Position numbers and translations under genes: made by a program
Notes under the pieces: generated by a model
Told to the model about the DNA's origin: nothing
Database searches by the model: none
What the model saw: only the letters and a program-made list of their open reading frames with translations
In this document: positions 40,337 to 52,930 of the stretch, piece after piece
Layout of the letters: the number at the start of each line of letters is the position of its first letter
Position numbering within the stretch: position 1 is the first letter of the stretch
DNA from: Octopus sinensis
Taxonomy: Eukaryota
Direction of reading: 5' to 3'
NCBI RefSeq assembly: GCF_006345805.1
Contig: NC_042997.1
Coordinates: 61,132,001-61,196,000 of the forward strand
DNA length: 64,000 nucleotides

Positions 40337-40384
40337 AGGCCTGCTGATGATTACGTAAGTATGAAATCACTGTGATACAGGTCT
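40337..40384 (+). ncRNA. Type I hammerhead ribozyme, copy 1
   Basis: Stem I AGGCCTG/CAGGTCT, core CTGATGA (40344-40350), stem II T-TAC(GTAA)GTA-T, GAAA (40363-40366), stem III ATCA(CTG)TGAT. Predicted cleavage after AUA at 40377. Confidence 0.85.
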
Positions 40385-40817
40385 ATATATTTTTAAATGT
40401 CTTTCTTTGAAAAATTGCATTCGGTAGGATTAGTAATATTTTTGGTAGAAATGACTGATTGTCCCTCTTAGCGTATGGCGTGTATGTAGAATGCCTCCTG
40501 GCATGTATGTATAATGCCCTCTATATATAAATTAATATGTTCAATAAGAAATAATTATTTTCGAAATTTTTTCTCTTATGAGGTTTTTACGCTATCTACC
40601 TGACAATTTCTTGTTAAGTTTTCCTTATTAAGTAGTTGTCCTTAATTGCTAAATTTTTATTCCGAAAAAACTTTTCCTCTCCCGAAATGCAATTCGTAAA
40701 AGTTTGCCATTCATCCGGATATAGTATATATAAATTCACCCATGTGCTTCGTTGATGTTGATCAGTTAGCTGATCGGCTTAAGCGAAGCAGGGTCGTTGT
40801 TTATTTATAGTATATTC

Positions 40818-40865
40818 AGGCCTGCTGATGATTACGTAATTATGAAATCACTGTGATACAGGTCT
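40818..40865 (+). ncRNA. Type I hammerhead ribozyme, copy 2
   Basis: Same as copy 1 except a G>T change at 40840 in stem II. Confidence 0.8.
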
Positions 40866-41298
40866 ATATATTTTTAAATGTCTTTCTTTGAAAAATTGCA
40901 TTCGGTAGGATTAGTAATATTTTTGGTAGAAATGACTGATTGTCCCTCTTAGCGTATGGCGTGTATGTAGAATGCCTCCTGGCATGTATGTATAATGCCC
41001 TCTATATATAAATTAATATGTTCAATAAGAAATAATTATTTTCGAAATTTTTTCTCTTATGAGGTTTTTACGCTATCTACCTGACAATTTCTTGTTAAGT
41101 TTTCCTTATTAAGTAGTTGTCCTTAATTGCTAAATTTTTATTCCGAAAAAACTTTTCCTCTCCCGAAATGCAATTCGTAAAAGTTTGCCATTCATCCGGA
41201 TATAGTATATATAAATTCACCCATGTGCTTCGTTGATGTTGATCAGTTAGCTGATCGGCTTAAGCGAAGCAGGGTCGTTGTTTATTTATAGTATATTC

Positions 41299-41346
41299 AG
41301 GCCTGCTGATGATTACGTAAGTATGAAATCACTGTGATACAGGTCT
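41299..41346 (+). ncRNA. Type I hammerhead ribozyme, copy 3
   Basis: Identical to copy 1. Confidence 0.85.
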
Positions 41347-41521
41347 ATATATTTTTAAATGTCTTTCTTTGAAAAATTGCATTCGGTAGGATTAGTAATA
41401 TTTTTGGTAGAAATGACTGATTGTCCCTCTTAGCGTATGGCGTGTATGTAGAATGCCTCCTGGCATGTATGTATAATGCCCTCTATATATAAATTATATA
41501 TATATATATATATATACATAC

Positions 41522-41590
<69 letters not shown>

Positions 41591-44476
41591 ATAAACACAA
41601 ATATATATATATACACATACACAAAACACATCCATGTGCTAATATACTCTCACACACACACACACACACTCTCTTTCTCTCTCCCCTCCTCTCACACACA
41701 TAAACAGTTTCGAGGGGTAACCAATAAGTCGGTTAGTTGCCAGCTGTCTTATACGATGGTGACATTGAACATTTCCCAAGAAATACTGCTGTTTGCGTGA
41801 TAACTTGATATACCATACTTCCTAAAGCACGAACACCAAGAGTTAATTTTGACTATCAACTGAAATTGGTTTCTTTGCAAATAGTTATAGCTTCTTTTTG
41901 AAATGTGTGTATGTCATGAACCTACCCATTTTTTTTACTTATGTAAAAAAGAAAAAAAAAACTTGTTAAAGCGTAATTCGAAATTATGTAGTTGACAACA
42001 TATACGGGTGTGCCCATATAGTTGCACAAACCCCATAATTGCAGTCACTAACTAGGCCAACCTGCTAGATTGAGGAAGCAAAACCATCTTCGAATAAAAC
42101 AAACATAAGCCACCAGTAGTTATATACAACACACACATACACATATTGGATCAGGGCTGACCAGAGGCAAAACTGCGACAACAAACTCCTTGTCATGTTT
42201 TAATTTCTGTGGAGGATATCTGCTTTATACACGGGACTGGACTAGTTAGTAGATTATGGTCAGACCTTCTTTAGTGCATATTAGTTCTTGCTAAAACTGA
42301 GGCGAATACCAACCACCGCGATCATCGTCATATAACACAAGCGGGTCTCAGTTTGCATTCTTACCATTTAAGTTTGCAGTTTTCTTTTCTGATGTAACCT
42401 GCTTTAACCATACCTACCTACTCATTTGATATATTCTAGCCGTATCTTAATGCCCTCCATAATTCGTGTTTATTGTTGTTGAAGAAACTATGCATGTGTT
42501 TATTGTGAGCGTGTCTGATTTTGTGTACATATGTTGGCTCTGTTGTTAAATCCCCAAGTCAGTCGCATCACAAAAGACCTACTAGACTTGATCATCCCCT
42601 TCATTTTTCAAATGTTATATGCCAAAGATCATATTGTGTAATGTGCTCCTTTTTAAAAAAATTCAGAACGTAATTTGATAGCTATTTAGCTGGTATTTCT
42701 AATAGACGGTTCGTTGGCTTGTTGCTGTGCAAAAATGTTTATTCAGTTTTCATTTATAGCTGTCATTCTTTCTTAATCAGACTTAATTTTATAACTGTCA
42801 TTCTTTCTTAATCAAATTTCCTGTTGCATAAAATCATTATCATCAGCTTGTTATTACCTTCGTAATTTAAAAGAAAAATTAATCACCTAAGTCAATTAAT
42901 TACTTAGAATTGGATCTGGGAGAAGTTTAATTTCCCTTGTTTTCATTTATTTTTATATCTATAACTTGAATCTACTTAAATATTATTAGTCATTAAAAGC
43001 ATGAACCCTACCATGATTTCAGTTCTCTGATGCGCTAAATCCGAGGTCTATCAATAAGAAACTATTTTTCTTTCCCTTTTAATCTTTTTTACTTTCCACA
43101 ACTTTATCGCCACCTTCTACTTTTTTGCTTACATTTTTTTTTAGCAAATTGCTCCATAAGGTCAGTTTCGATAAAACAGATGTGTTACAATCAAAGCCAT
43201 TCCATCCTTGACACCGTCTTTTTTTCTCAGACATTGCATCAAACACTACATTATCTAGAGTGCTCTTTTTAAGATGTTAGATGTTGAGGGAAATTTGGCT
43301 GCTATTTCTGGAAGGTCGATCGATCAAACATGTAGAAGCTCTTTCATTAGTTCGTTTTACAGTCATTTAGCAGAATTAGCAGTCAACAACTTAAGTGTTT
43401 CATTCTTTCAGTATAGGTGAAATAAATGTCATTAATGTAGGTAGATTGAGAAGGTTGCCATTCTTTTCTAATTCCTGAATCTGGTATGTTCAGACCTAGG
43501 ATATCAGAAATTGAATCGTTAAATATCTGATTGTTGATGAAATCCTAGAATCAACATTTGTCCCACATAAAAATAAAAAAAAATCAACAAAATCTTAACG
43601 CTCAGTCTTGATTTATTCTTGAATATAATATTAGCTCATCATAACCATTATTGTCATCTATACCACCAAAATGGATGTGGTACAAATTTTGCAGCTTTTC
43701 ACAATAGCTGTGACTAATGCCAAAGAGTGTTAAAGAATGCCAAGACTTGCTTTATTGAAGATGTTCAAATGAGGATTGAGCAAGAAGAAGCTTGGTTCAT
43801 GTGAATTTTGGGGAATAGCCAGTAAGATACATAATCATGTATCTTACTGGCTATTCAAACAAATCAACCCCAGGAATTTTTTTTTAAGCCTGATTCTTAT
43901 TCCATCGGGCTCTTTGGCTAAGTTATGGGGACATAAGTACATCAACACCAGTTATACAATGGACTTCTTTTCAGTTTCTGTCTACCAAACTCACTCACAA
44001 GGCTTTGATTAGCCCGGGGCTATAGTAAAAGACATTTGCCCAAGGTGCCACGCAGTGGGACTGAACCCACAATCATGTGGTTGGGAAGCAAAATTCTTAC
44101 CATACAGCCATGTCTCAAAAAGTGCTTTTGTAGCTCATATAAGAAGTCTGTAATTTACCCACTTCTTATGAACCTTGATCACCATTCCTCTTCATCTTAG
44201 TATAGGCCAATAAGCCTATTGAGCATCAAAACCAATCTGCTTGAATCTATCAGTAATAAGCATGTTATTAATCACTTAAATGAAGTTTATTTCCTTGGTT
44301 TTCCATGTCATTGCTGATATACTTGTTGTCATCATCTTAGATGATGCTCATGTTATTTTCAAAGTATTTAAGAAGGTATAGGCATAGAGGCATAGCATAT
44401 TTTGTAGACTCTTTTTTTGCCATTAAATCCTTCCTCATGGGAAGAAGTTTGAAAGTTGCTGTCACTAGTCAGTCTG

Positions 44477-44600
44477 ATATTTATATCAATTTGTTTTAAG
44501 AACCACACTCTTCCTGCTGTTTATCAATGATTTACCTGACAAAAGAATAACATCCTTTATTGACATATTGCCAATGATTTGACACTTTACAATCTCACCT
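44477..44600 (+). mobile_element. LINE reverse transcriptase fragment (CR1/L2-like)
   Basis: TLFLLFINDLP followed by a frameshifted ANDLTL (YADD-region relic). Confidence 0.6.
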
Positions 44601-45496
44601 CTGAGAATATTAAGTACTTAGATTTAGCAGCAGATCTTTCCAGAGGCCTAACTGGTATAACGTAATGGAGAAACAAATGACTTAGTATATTTACTGCTTC
44701 CATGACCAGCCTAGAATATTTCTAGCACTATCATGAAATTCTTGAACTTCTTTCTATTTTGATAGTTATTCATTTCTGTACCTGCTACAAGTTTCATACA
44801 AAAAGCATGTTACCTTAGAATGGCTCAATTGTAATATAAACCCTCTGTCTATTGTTTTCCAGCAGAATATGTTTTTAATCTCTTCAAATTCAGTGTTAAT
44901 ATTGGCAGTTTCCTTCATCATAATGTTTGCTTTATTTCTTTAATTACCATTTCATTTTATTTACTCCTTTATTGCCATCTCAGTTACTATATTTTATTAA
45001 TCAGTTTTATCACCATTTTATCATATTTCATTAAAATCTTTTGTCAGTTACTTTTAGTATTTTAAATATGCATGTGTATATAGAGAGAAGTTTTAGTATT
45101 AATACCACTCATCATTTTCCCAAAACTTTTTGTATAGAAGTGGCCTATGTTTTGCTTGAGATGCTTTTGAGTAAGGGAAAATAAAATTAATTTAAGCAAT
45201 TATGCTTCTTCACAACTTACTTTGGCCTTATGTATAATAAAAGCAGAAATTAGTATTATTAAAATATCTTTTTTACACTGATTAGGTTTCAGTGTTAGAA
45301 ACTAATGATTTTATCTCTATTGGGACAGTGAAAGGCAGAATAGGAAGAGTGTTGAAGAAATTTCCTTGTGATATTTTAGTTAGATTTCTTAAGTGCTTTC
45401 ATCTTTTCAATGTTGATAAATAAGTAACAGCCTCATAAAAGTGTTGATTTAATGATAGCAGTAGAAATCAATTCTCTTCTTTTTTTTTCTTTATAG

Positions 45497-45557
45497 TTTT
45501 TGTTTCTTTGCCACAAAAGACACCAGGGAAAATATTACAAGATAGAGATATAATATA
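45497..45557 (+). CDS. Candidate short exon (FVSLPQKTPGKILQDRDII), unidentified gene
   Basis: Long polypyrimidine acceptor TCTCTTCTTTTTTTTTCTTTATAG, donor GTGAGA, and an open frame. Confidence 0.35.
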
Positions 45558-45972
45558 GTGAGAAAATGAAGTAAAATACAATATTCATACTTGAATTATT
45601 TATATGTACATGGCAGAATCTCCATGTTGTGTTTCATATTAAAAACTGATGTACTTTTAGATGAAATATTTTGAATGCAATATTTTGACAGTATGACTAT
45701 TTCTTGGCACATTCATTGAAGATGATATCTATGATGTGCATATTAGATGAAATAATATTTTTTGAAAGAAATATTTTGAAAAATATGGCTGTAGTTTCCT
45801 TGGTATCTTGAATGTAGAGGATTATTTAATACTATCATATCATAAGCCTTCAAAATTTATCTCACTGCTATTTTATGCAACAGCATGTTTGTTTTTAAAA
45901 ATATTTCTAACAAGCTTTTTGACTTCTAATATATCTATATCTATCTGTCATCTAAATATATATATATATATA

Positions 45973-46030
<58 letters not shown>

Positions 46031-46117
46031 GCATTACTAATAACCAGTTTTTAGAACTTATACATATGCTTTAGAATAAAACTTTAGGTGAGTAGAGAAT
46101 GTAATGTAAATTAATGA

Positions 46118-46282
46118 ATGACAAGGGAGCTGGAATTGTGTAATCAATTTGATTAGCTTACAGCTGTTTCTGCTATAAGAAGCAGTGTACTCAAAGCTGA
46201 GTTGGAGCCATTAATGGCTCTTACAGCTGAAAAAGCTGTAAACTAATGCAGTTGATTACAATAATTCCTGTTCTTTTGTCAT
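46118..46282. repeat. Foldback/MITE-like inverted repeat
   Basis: ATGACAA..GGAATT..TAATCAA..TTACAGCT / AGCTGTAA..TTGATTA..AATTCC..TTGTCAT. Confidence 0.8.
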
Positions 46283-49200
46283 CCAATAATATATATTCAC
46301 ATATGCACAAAAGTATGTTTAGATATCATTTTGTTTTAAAAGATACAATGTTAAGTTATGGTAATTTTAATATACTTGTAAGGGTGATGTTTGTCAGAAT
46401 TTTTAGGGTATCAAACAAAATGTGCTGCAGTATTTAGCTATATTGCTTTACATTCTGAGTTCCAATCCTGCTGAATTCAGCTTGGCATTTTGTTCAGTAA
46501 AATAATTACTAATAAAGTAACAAAGTAGATATAATTGACTGTACTACCTTTCACAGTATGGTCAGTTTAGATAGCCAAAGCCTTACACTCACAGTGTCAT
46601 TTTCATATTTTAGCATAAATCCTCCCAAAATGCTTTTTGTACTTCATTAGTCCTAGGTGGAGAATTAACAGATCTTATAAGATGTGCATAATCCTTAAAT
46701 CAAAATTCTGAAATCCAAAACCTTCCAAAATTCAAATGTTTTTTTTTTTTAAATTAGAAAGGTACCTCTGTTTGAAAATTCAGTAAATGATTAGACAGTT
46801 CCTAGGTGATGTATAACTATTGCAGACCATTTATCTAGCCATAAGCTGTTAGGAGTGATGTTACCCGTCCTGGGTTGTGCTTGCCTAACCTATTAAGTTG
46901 CCACCAGTTTATTTTTTAGAGGATATTGGATATGTGGTTAAGAAGTTCATTTTTCAATTTCAGCTGTGTGGTTTCTTTTTCGATCTCACTATACAACATC
47001 TTGGATACATGTCTTCTACTATTGCTCTAGGATGACCAATGCTTTGTGAGTGGAATTAGTGGACAGAAACTGTACTGAAGCCCATTATGTGTGTGTGTGC
47101 ATATGTGCACTTATGTTGACATTCTATGGCTTTGTCACTATCTGAGTAGAAAGATGATATGATGTTTATATTCTTGTTACATTATGGCCAGTCACTCTGT
47201 ACTTTCAAAGACCAGAGGAATAAAACATCCCTTACTTGAAAAATGGATGAGATTTCGAAACAAGGAAGGCATATTGTCTAAAATAACTCCTCATTCAACC
47301 TGCACTAACATTGAGTAATGCATATTAAATGAAGTAATGTATGAAGCTTTTATAGCAACACCATCATGCATATCAGAAAGTCCTGTAGATATTACTAAGG
47401 TAAAAGTGAAAAAAAAATGTAGAAGCATTTGTGTTTATTGATACCACAAAAAGTCGAGTTGTTGGGAAACTTCACAATGGTATAGTATGAAACTGGGAGT
47501 GTTGGAACTATGACTAGATAGAATCTTAAAACATGGGACAACAAACTGGTTCTATGATTAATCCTTTTGAAACTGTTGTTGGTTCTATCATACAAGCTCC
47601 ATTTTAAGGTGATCTAATTTAAAATCTTCCATCAACATTTCATGTTAATTTATGTTTCAAACACCAGCTTGATAATGACAAAGTTATTTTAAAGTCTTTA
47701 TTTTCTAAAAATTAATTGAGGCAAAAACAGTGTATTTCAAAAGAAATATAGGAACAAAAGTGTTAAATGATGAACAGAAGTTAATAAAATTTAGGAAAAC
47801 ATCATATATAACATTTTGTAGATGCAAAATCCACCCCCTGCCATCTAAAAAAATTGCCAAGCATTTTTGATAAATGTTTCTCAATTCATACCTTGACTAT
47901 GGCAGAAGTGAATCAAAAGACCCAATCGTTTATGATTTGCCCGTTAATAGCAAAAATTCTTATATTCACAGTTGCAAATGAAAAAAACTGATCGATGTTG
48001 GACTACAGAAGAAAAGATCATTGATTAATCATATCTTATCATTACTATATCTCTCTGTCAAAAAGGTATCACAAACATACTTAATTCTCACAGTCAATAG
48101 ACATTATGGGGAGTATTTCTTCTCTAATTAAGTATATTTTGTGAGCTTCAATGGAACCACAGGAAGCATGAAGAATCTATTGTGTGTTCTGTCTTGAATC
48201 ATTAGTCAGTATTATGGTATTATGGGTTGATGTTGGTACTTAACTATAACGTTGTGGTTGTCGTTTAACCCCAGATCAAGTTTTAGCAGATCTTTGAACT
48301 GTCCATCGCATCTTTTTTGTATATACCGACAACCTAGGATCATTTTATCTAATGCATCTATTTTCTTTAATGTAGTATGATGTGATTTTAAGAAGATTTG
48401 GCTGCTATTTCTTGCAGGTTGAGTTACTATGTGGAGATTCCCTTATTGGTTCATAGTATTATAGTATTAAGATATGAACCGTAGCTTTAGTTTTGGGGGG
48501 TTTAGCTTTGGTTACATGGTGTTAAGGTCTGCTTCTTAGCTCTGGTTTCATCATGTTTAAGCTTGCTGTTCAACTTTGGTTTGACATCAAGTGGATAAAA
48601 ATATTCCTTCTTGATAGGAAACACATTTATGACACATCTTTAAGCAGGTAACATTCCAAAATTGATTTAGTACATAGTCACAACAGCTAGGTGAGGCAAT
48701 GTAGAATAAAAAAAAGCAACAATAAAAACCCAGAAAAAGTCTGCAGCAGATTCTGCACATGTGACCTTTTATTATTTACGATTTAATTTGAGGAAAAGAA
48801 CTCATAACCTTTTCAAACAAGTGAGGTGATGTGTTTGTAGTTTAGTTTGTTTGATTATCCATAGGAAAGACATGCACAGGAAGGTTAGTTCCAAAGGACT
48901 GTTGTTCATGGAATAAAGGATTTAGTAAAAGCCTAAGTGTAACTTTGGATAGTAGTAGGAAGTGAGACCCACTTCCCACCCCCACTTAATATTGAAGGTT
49001 AGTTATGATATGAAAGAGAGATCCAAAGCTTTTATATATTTTTTGAGTATTCTATAGTTCAAAGTTCAAATTGGATTGGAACCGACTTGTCTTGCATCAC
49101 CCTAAGGTCACTAAAATGGATTCAGGATAACCAAATAATTGAGAAGCTTGCTTTGCAGTCAAGAAGTGTGGGGTTCAATTTCACCATGTGGCATTTTGAA

Positions 49201-50489
49201 TAATCTCTTTTAATAGTGGTGGATAGCAAAAATATTAGAATGCTTGACAAAATTTCATGTCAGAATATTCTTAGTGCTACATGTGTGAGAAGTGTGATAA
49301 TTTATGACAGGGAAATATAGATAATAAGTAATGAGCAGTGGAGAAGACAGGGAAGAATGGAAACTAGAATGGTCTGGTTGGCTGAGTGGTGGAGTATTGC
49401 TGTGAGAGGGAGAGGGAGAGAGAGAGAGAATAAATGAATGCAGAGAATGATGAGAATACAGCCAGTGATGGATGTTATGAAGAGATGTGGAATGGGAAGG
49501 CCTGGCTGGTTTATGTGCTGAGGCAGGATCAAAATGACTGGGCAAGAAGAAATGATGGAAATGATGTGGAAGGATATAGAGAAAGACTGAGAAAGATATG
49601 GCTAAAGGTGAAGATGAAGGCAAAGAGATTGATGGTGAGCCGGTAGAATCATTAGCACGGCAGTCAAAATGCTTATCAGCATTTTGTCTGTTTTTATGTT
49701 CTGAGTTCAAATTCCACCATGATTGATTTTGCCTTTCATCCTTTCAGGGTGGATAAAATAAATACCATTTGAGTACTGGGTTGATATAATTGATTTATCC
49801 CCTCTCTCGAAATTGCTGGCTTTGTGCTGAAATTTGAAACTGATATTGAGTATAGGGTAAAATGGAAAAGACTGTCATGAGGCCTACAGGCCTAATGCTG
49901 CTCTAGTATAAAAATGGCCTTAAAAGGCTATAAGTTGCCTATAATGTTGCCTATATGTTCTGAGTTCAAATCCGATCAAGATTAATCTTTTGTTCTTCTG
50001 GGGCCAGTAAAATAAGTTCCAGCAATGTATTGGAATTATTTTAATCAACTAAACCCATCCTTCCTTCAGAGATGTGGAATCATTGTGCCAGTGTTAGACA
50101 TTAATATTAAATTTGATATTTAACTTTGGTACATATAAAAATTTGTGCTTCTTGTTTGATAAATATTTGAAAATAATTTCATTTAAATTGAAAATTTCTG
50201 AAAGTTTGTTGCAAATATTTGATATATCGATCGCATTTAATAAAATCAGACAAAATGACAACAAAATCAGAAATAAAAAATACAACACAGACACACACAT
50301 TTCAAATATTTATAAATTTGAATTTTGAGGATTCCAGACTCATAAGATACCTCTTTGTACACAACAGTAAGTTTCTGGATGTTGTTTAGCTCAAGCTAGC
50401 ACTAACTGAAGATGTTCCAGTTGTAACCATCATATTTTTTTTAAAGATGGCAGGGTTTGGTTGTAAATTTCATTGCTATTCCTAGCAGG

Positions 50490-50690
50490 TTAATTGAACA
50501 TAGACCTGCTTTCACATTCTGTCATTGAGGTATTAGCACCTTGAGCTATTCTTGCCAGCATCTCAAACTTTGGATATTTAACCTTTACTTGTGCAAAGCA
50601 TTTCAAAAGTTTATCTTTAATACCCATTCTTGTTTTCAGACTTTTAATTAGCCCTTGTTTCATATGTTCTGAGTAACATAACGCTTTCAT
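50490..50690 (-). pseudogene. hAT dimerisation-domain relic
   Basis: KYPKFEMLARIAQGANTSMTECESRSMF resembles the hAT pattern YP.L..LAR......S...ER.FS. Confidence 0.5.
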
Positions 50691-51924
50691 TTCATAAGTT
50701 CCAAGTTACTCTGGAGGTTGAAAAAAAAATTGGAATTGTGTATCATATATGATGTATGGGCTTCAGGGAAATAATCTTGTGGACAGGCAAAAGGTTAAAT
50801 TTGTTGTAAACACCATAGATGATATAATATTATCGTCCAATTAACTGAATTAATTATTGCATTTAATATGTTAGTGAAGTCTTGGAAAGTGTCTTCACAT
50901 TTTGGAAGGTGACTTGTCAGTGAAATTGAATTGACAAAAATGGTAGAAACTTATCTGATGGATTGCACCTATAATTCAAAGGTCCAGCCTTGTTCCATAG
51001 TGCATCACAGTAATTTAGCTTGAGAATTGCATTAAGGGTGCATTTGAACAATGGAATGCTGTATCCTGAAATCAATGGAAGGTCCATTGTCTCAGCAGAA
51101 TATCAGTTTTGGTTAAGTTTGTGAGTGGTTAACCTAGCTGGTTATCAGTTCTGGGTACTTATTTTAATTTTATTTTGTAAGTTAGACAAGCAAGTTGGGG
51201 GTAGTGATAAGCCATCTCAGACTGGTGAGCTTGATATGGTTGATATTCAGTTTGGACATGTACAAGCTGAGGAAGAAAAATAGTAATAATGACAGAATTT
51301 CAGTGAGAGCAGTTCTGTAGAGTAACAATTGGGTATATAGGTTTAGTGTGGGATCTAGGAGGTAAAGCAGAGGAAGAATGATATAAGGAGAGATGTATGT
51401 GACTAGTGAGCTTGAGTGGAAAAGATATTTGGTTAGTTGATTTGGAAGTGGAATAAGATGATTGGGTGCTGAAGATTTGGCATAGCTAACTGGACATTCA
51501 ACCTAATTTGGTGGTAGTATGTTTTGGCACTGGAGTTAAACACACAAGCAAGTATACACAGTCAGAGGGAGGGAGGGAAGGAAAGAGAGAAGGAGAGTGA
51601 GAGAGAGAGAGAGAGAGAAGAAGGAGGGAGGGAGGGAAAGACATTACATATACATACAAATATATGTAGATGCTCACAAACATAAAGAGTGGGTGGGGAG
51701 AAAATGAAAGAAACATTGTCAGTGTTGAATCAGCAACACTAAACAAGTGGTAATGATATAGCTGAATGTGCAGAAGCCACTGCAGTAGTTGAAGCAGAAG
51801 CTGAAAAAGGAAACCACTCTTTTGTGAGCTGATGATTGAAATAGGCTACTGAATGTTTCTTAGCCAATCAATCAAGACTTGGTGCAGTCTAGAATACTTG
51901 TGAGTTCAAATTTACTTCAAATTT

Positions 51925-52048
51925 ACCACATGGTTCCGGGTTCAGTCCCACTGCGTGGCATCTTGGGTAAGTGTCATCTGCTATAGCCCCGGGCCGACCA
52001 ATGCCTTGTGAATGGATTTGGAAGACGGAAACTGAAAGAAGCCTGTCG

Positions 52049-52083
<35 letters not shown>

Positions 52084-52282
52084 TTGTGTTTGTCCCCTTA
52101 GCATTGCTTGACAACCGATGCTGGTGTGTTTACGTCCCCGTCACTTAGTGGTTCGGCAAAAGAACCGATAGAATAAGTACTGGCCTTACAAAGAATAAGT
52201 CCCGGGGTCGATTTGCTCAACTAAAGGCGGTGCTCCAGCATGGCTGCAGTCAAATGACTGAAACAAGTAAAAGAGTAAAAGA
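51925..52282 (+). mobile_element. SINE family A, 5'-truncated, relatively young (CpG retained)
   Basis: GGTTCCGGGTTCAGTCCCACTGCGTGGC...GACTGAAACAAGTAAAAGAGTAAAAG. Confidence 0.88.
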
Positions 52283-52930
52283 GGGGTTTGTTGTTTCTGA
52301 ATGTTTACTTTACTCTTCATTGTATTAGGTACCATATCATTTGGAAATGTTAGCTACTGCAGGTTGGTCTCTTGTTACAAGTTATATTTATCACCCAGTC
52401 ACTTAACACAATGAACCTTGAGTCATATAAACATTGGCCCTTGAAAACCCCCAATCCTAGAATGTAAAAGGCACTTATGCTCACATTCCTAATCAATAGG
52501 TAGCCAGTGCCTATCCTGTCCTCTCCTTTCTTCTTTTATCTTCTATTTCATTCATTTCACTGTGGTCATGCTGGGGCACCGTCTTGGTGGATTTTATTCA
52601 AACAAATTGACCCCAGGACTTTTTTTTTAAGCCTACTACTTATTCTATCGGTCTCTTTTGCTGAACTACTAAGTTATGGGGACATAAATACACTAACACT
52701 AGTAGTCAAGTGGTGATGGGGGGGACAAATAAAGACACAAAGATATATATATATATAAATGTCAAGCTTCTTTCAGTTTCTGTCTACCAGATCCTCTCAC
52801 AAGGCTTTGGTCAGCGTGAGGTTATAGTAGAAGACACTTGCCCAAGGTATCATGCAGTGAGACTGAGCCTAGAACCATGTAGTTGGGAAGCAAGCTTCTT
52901 ACAACACAGCCTCACCTTTGTTCATGTTAA

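Larger units (their letters stand above)
40121..41496 (+). mobile_element. Tandem array of a 481-bp hammerhead-bearing unit (retrozyme-like), about 2.9 copies
   Basis: Unit starts at 40121, 40602 and 41083. Copies are nearly identical, with (TA)n on both flanks and one hammerhead per unit. Confidence 0.9.

Noticed and set aside
40534-40581. NMFNKK*LFSKFFLL* resembling the Penelope GIY-YIG C-terminal tail
   Set aside because: Too short, low-complexity and stop-containing to support homology without a profile search.
40121-41496. Array read as CRISPR or ordinary satellite
   Set aside because: There is no repeat-spacer structure. The ribozyme core, folding register and permuted ends fit a retrozyme-like element better.
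51829-51848. CTGATGATTGAAA motif
   Set aside because: No room for stem II and no flanking stems. Expected by chance in AT-rich DNA.
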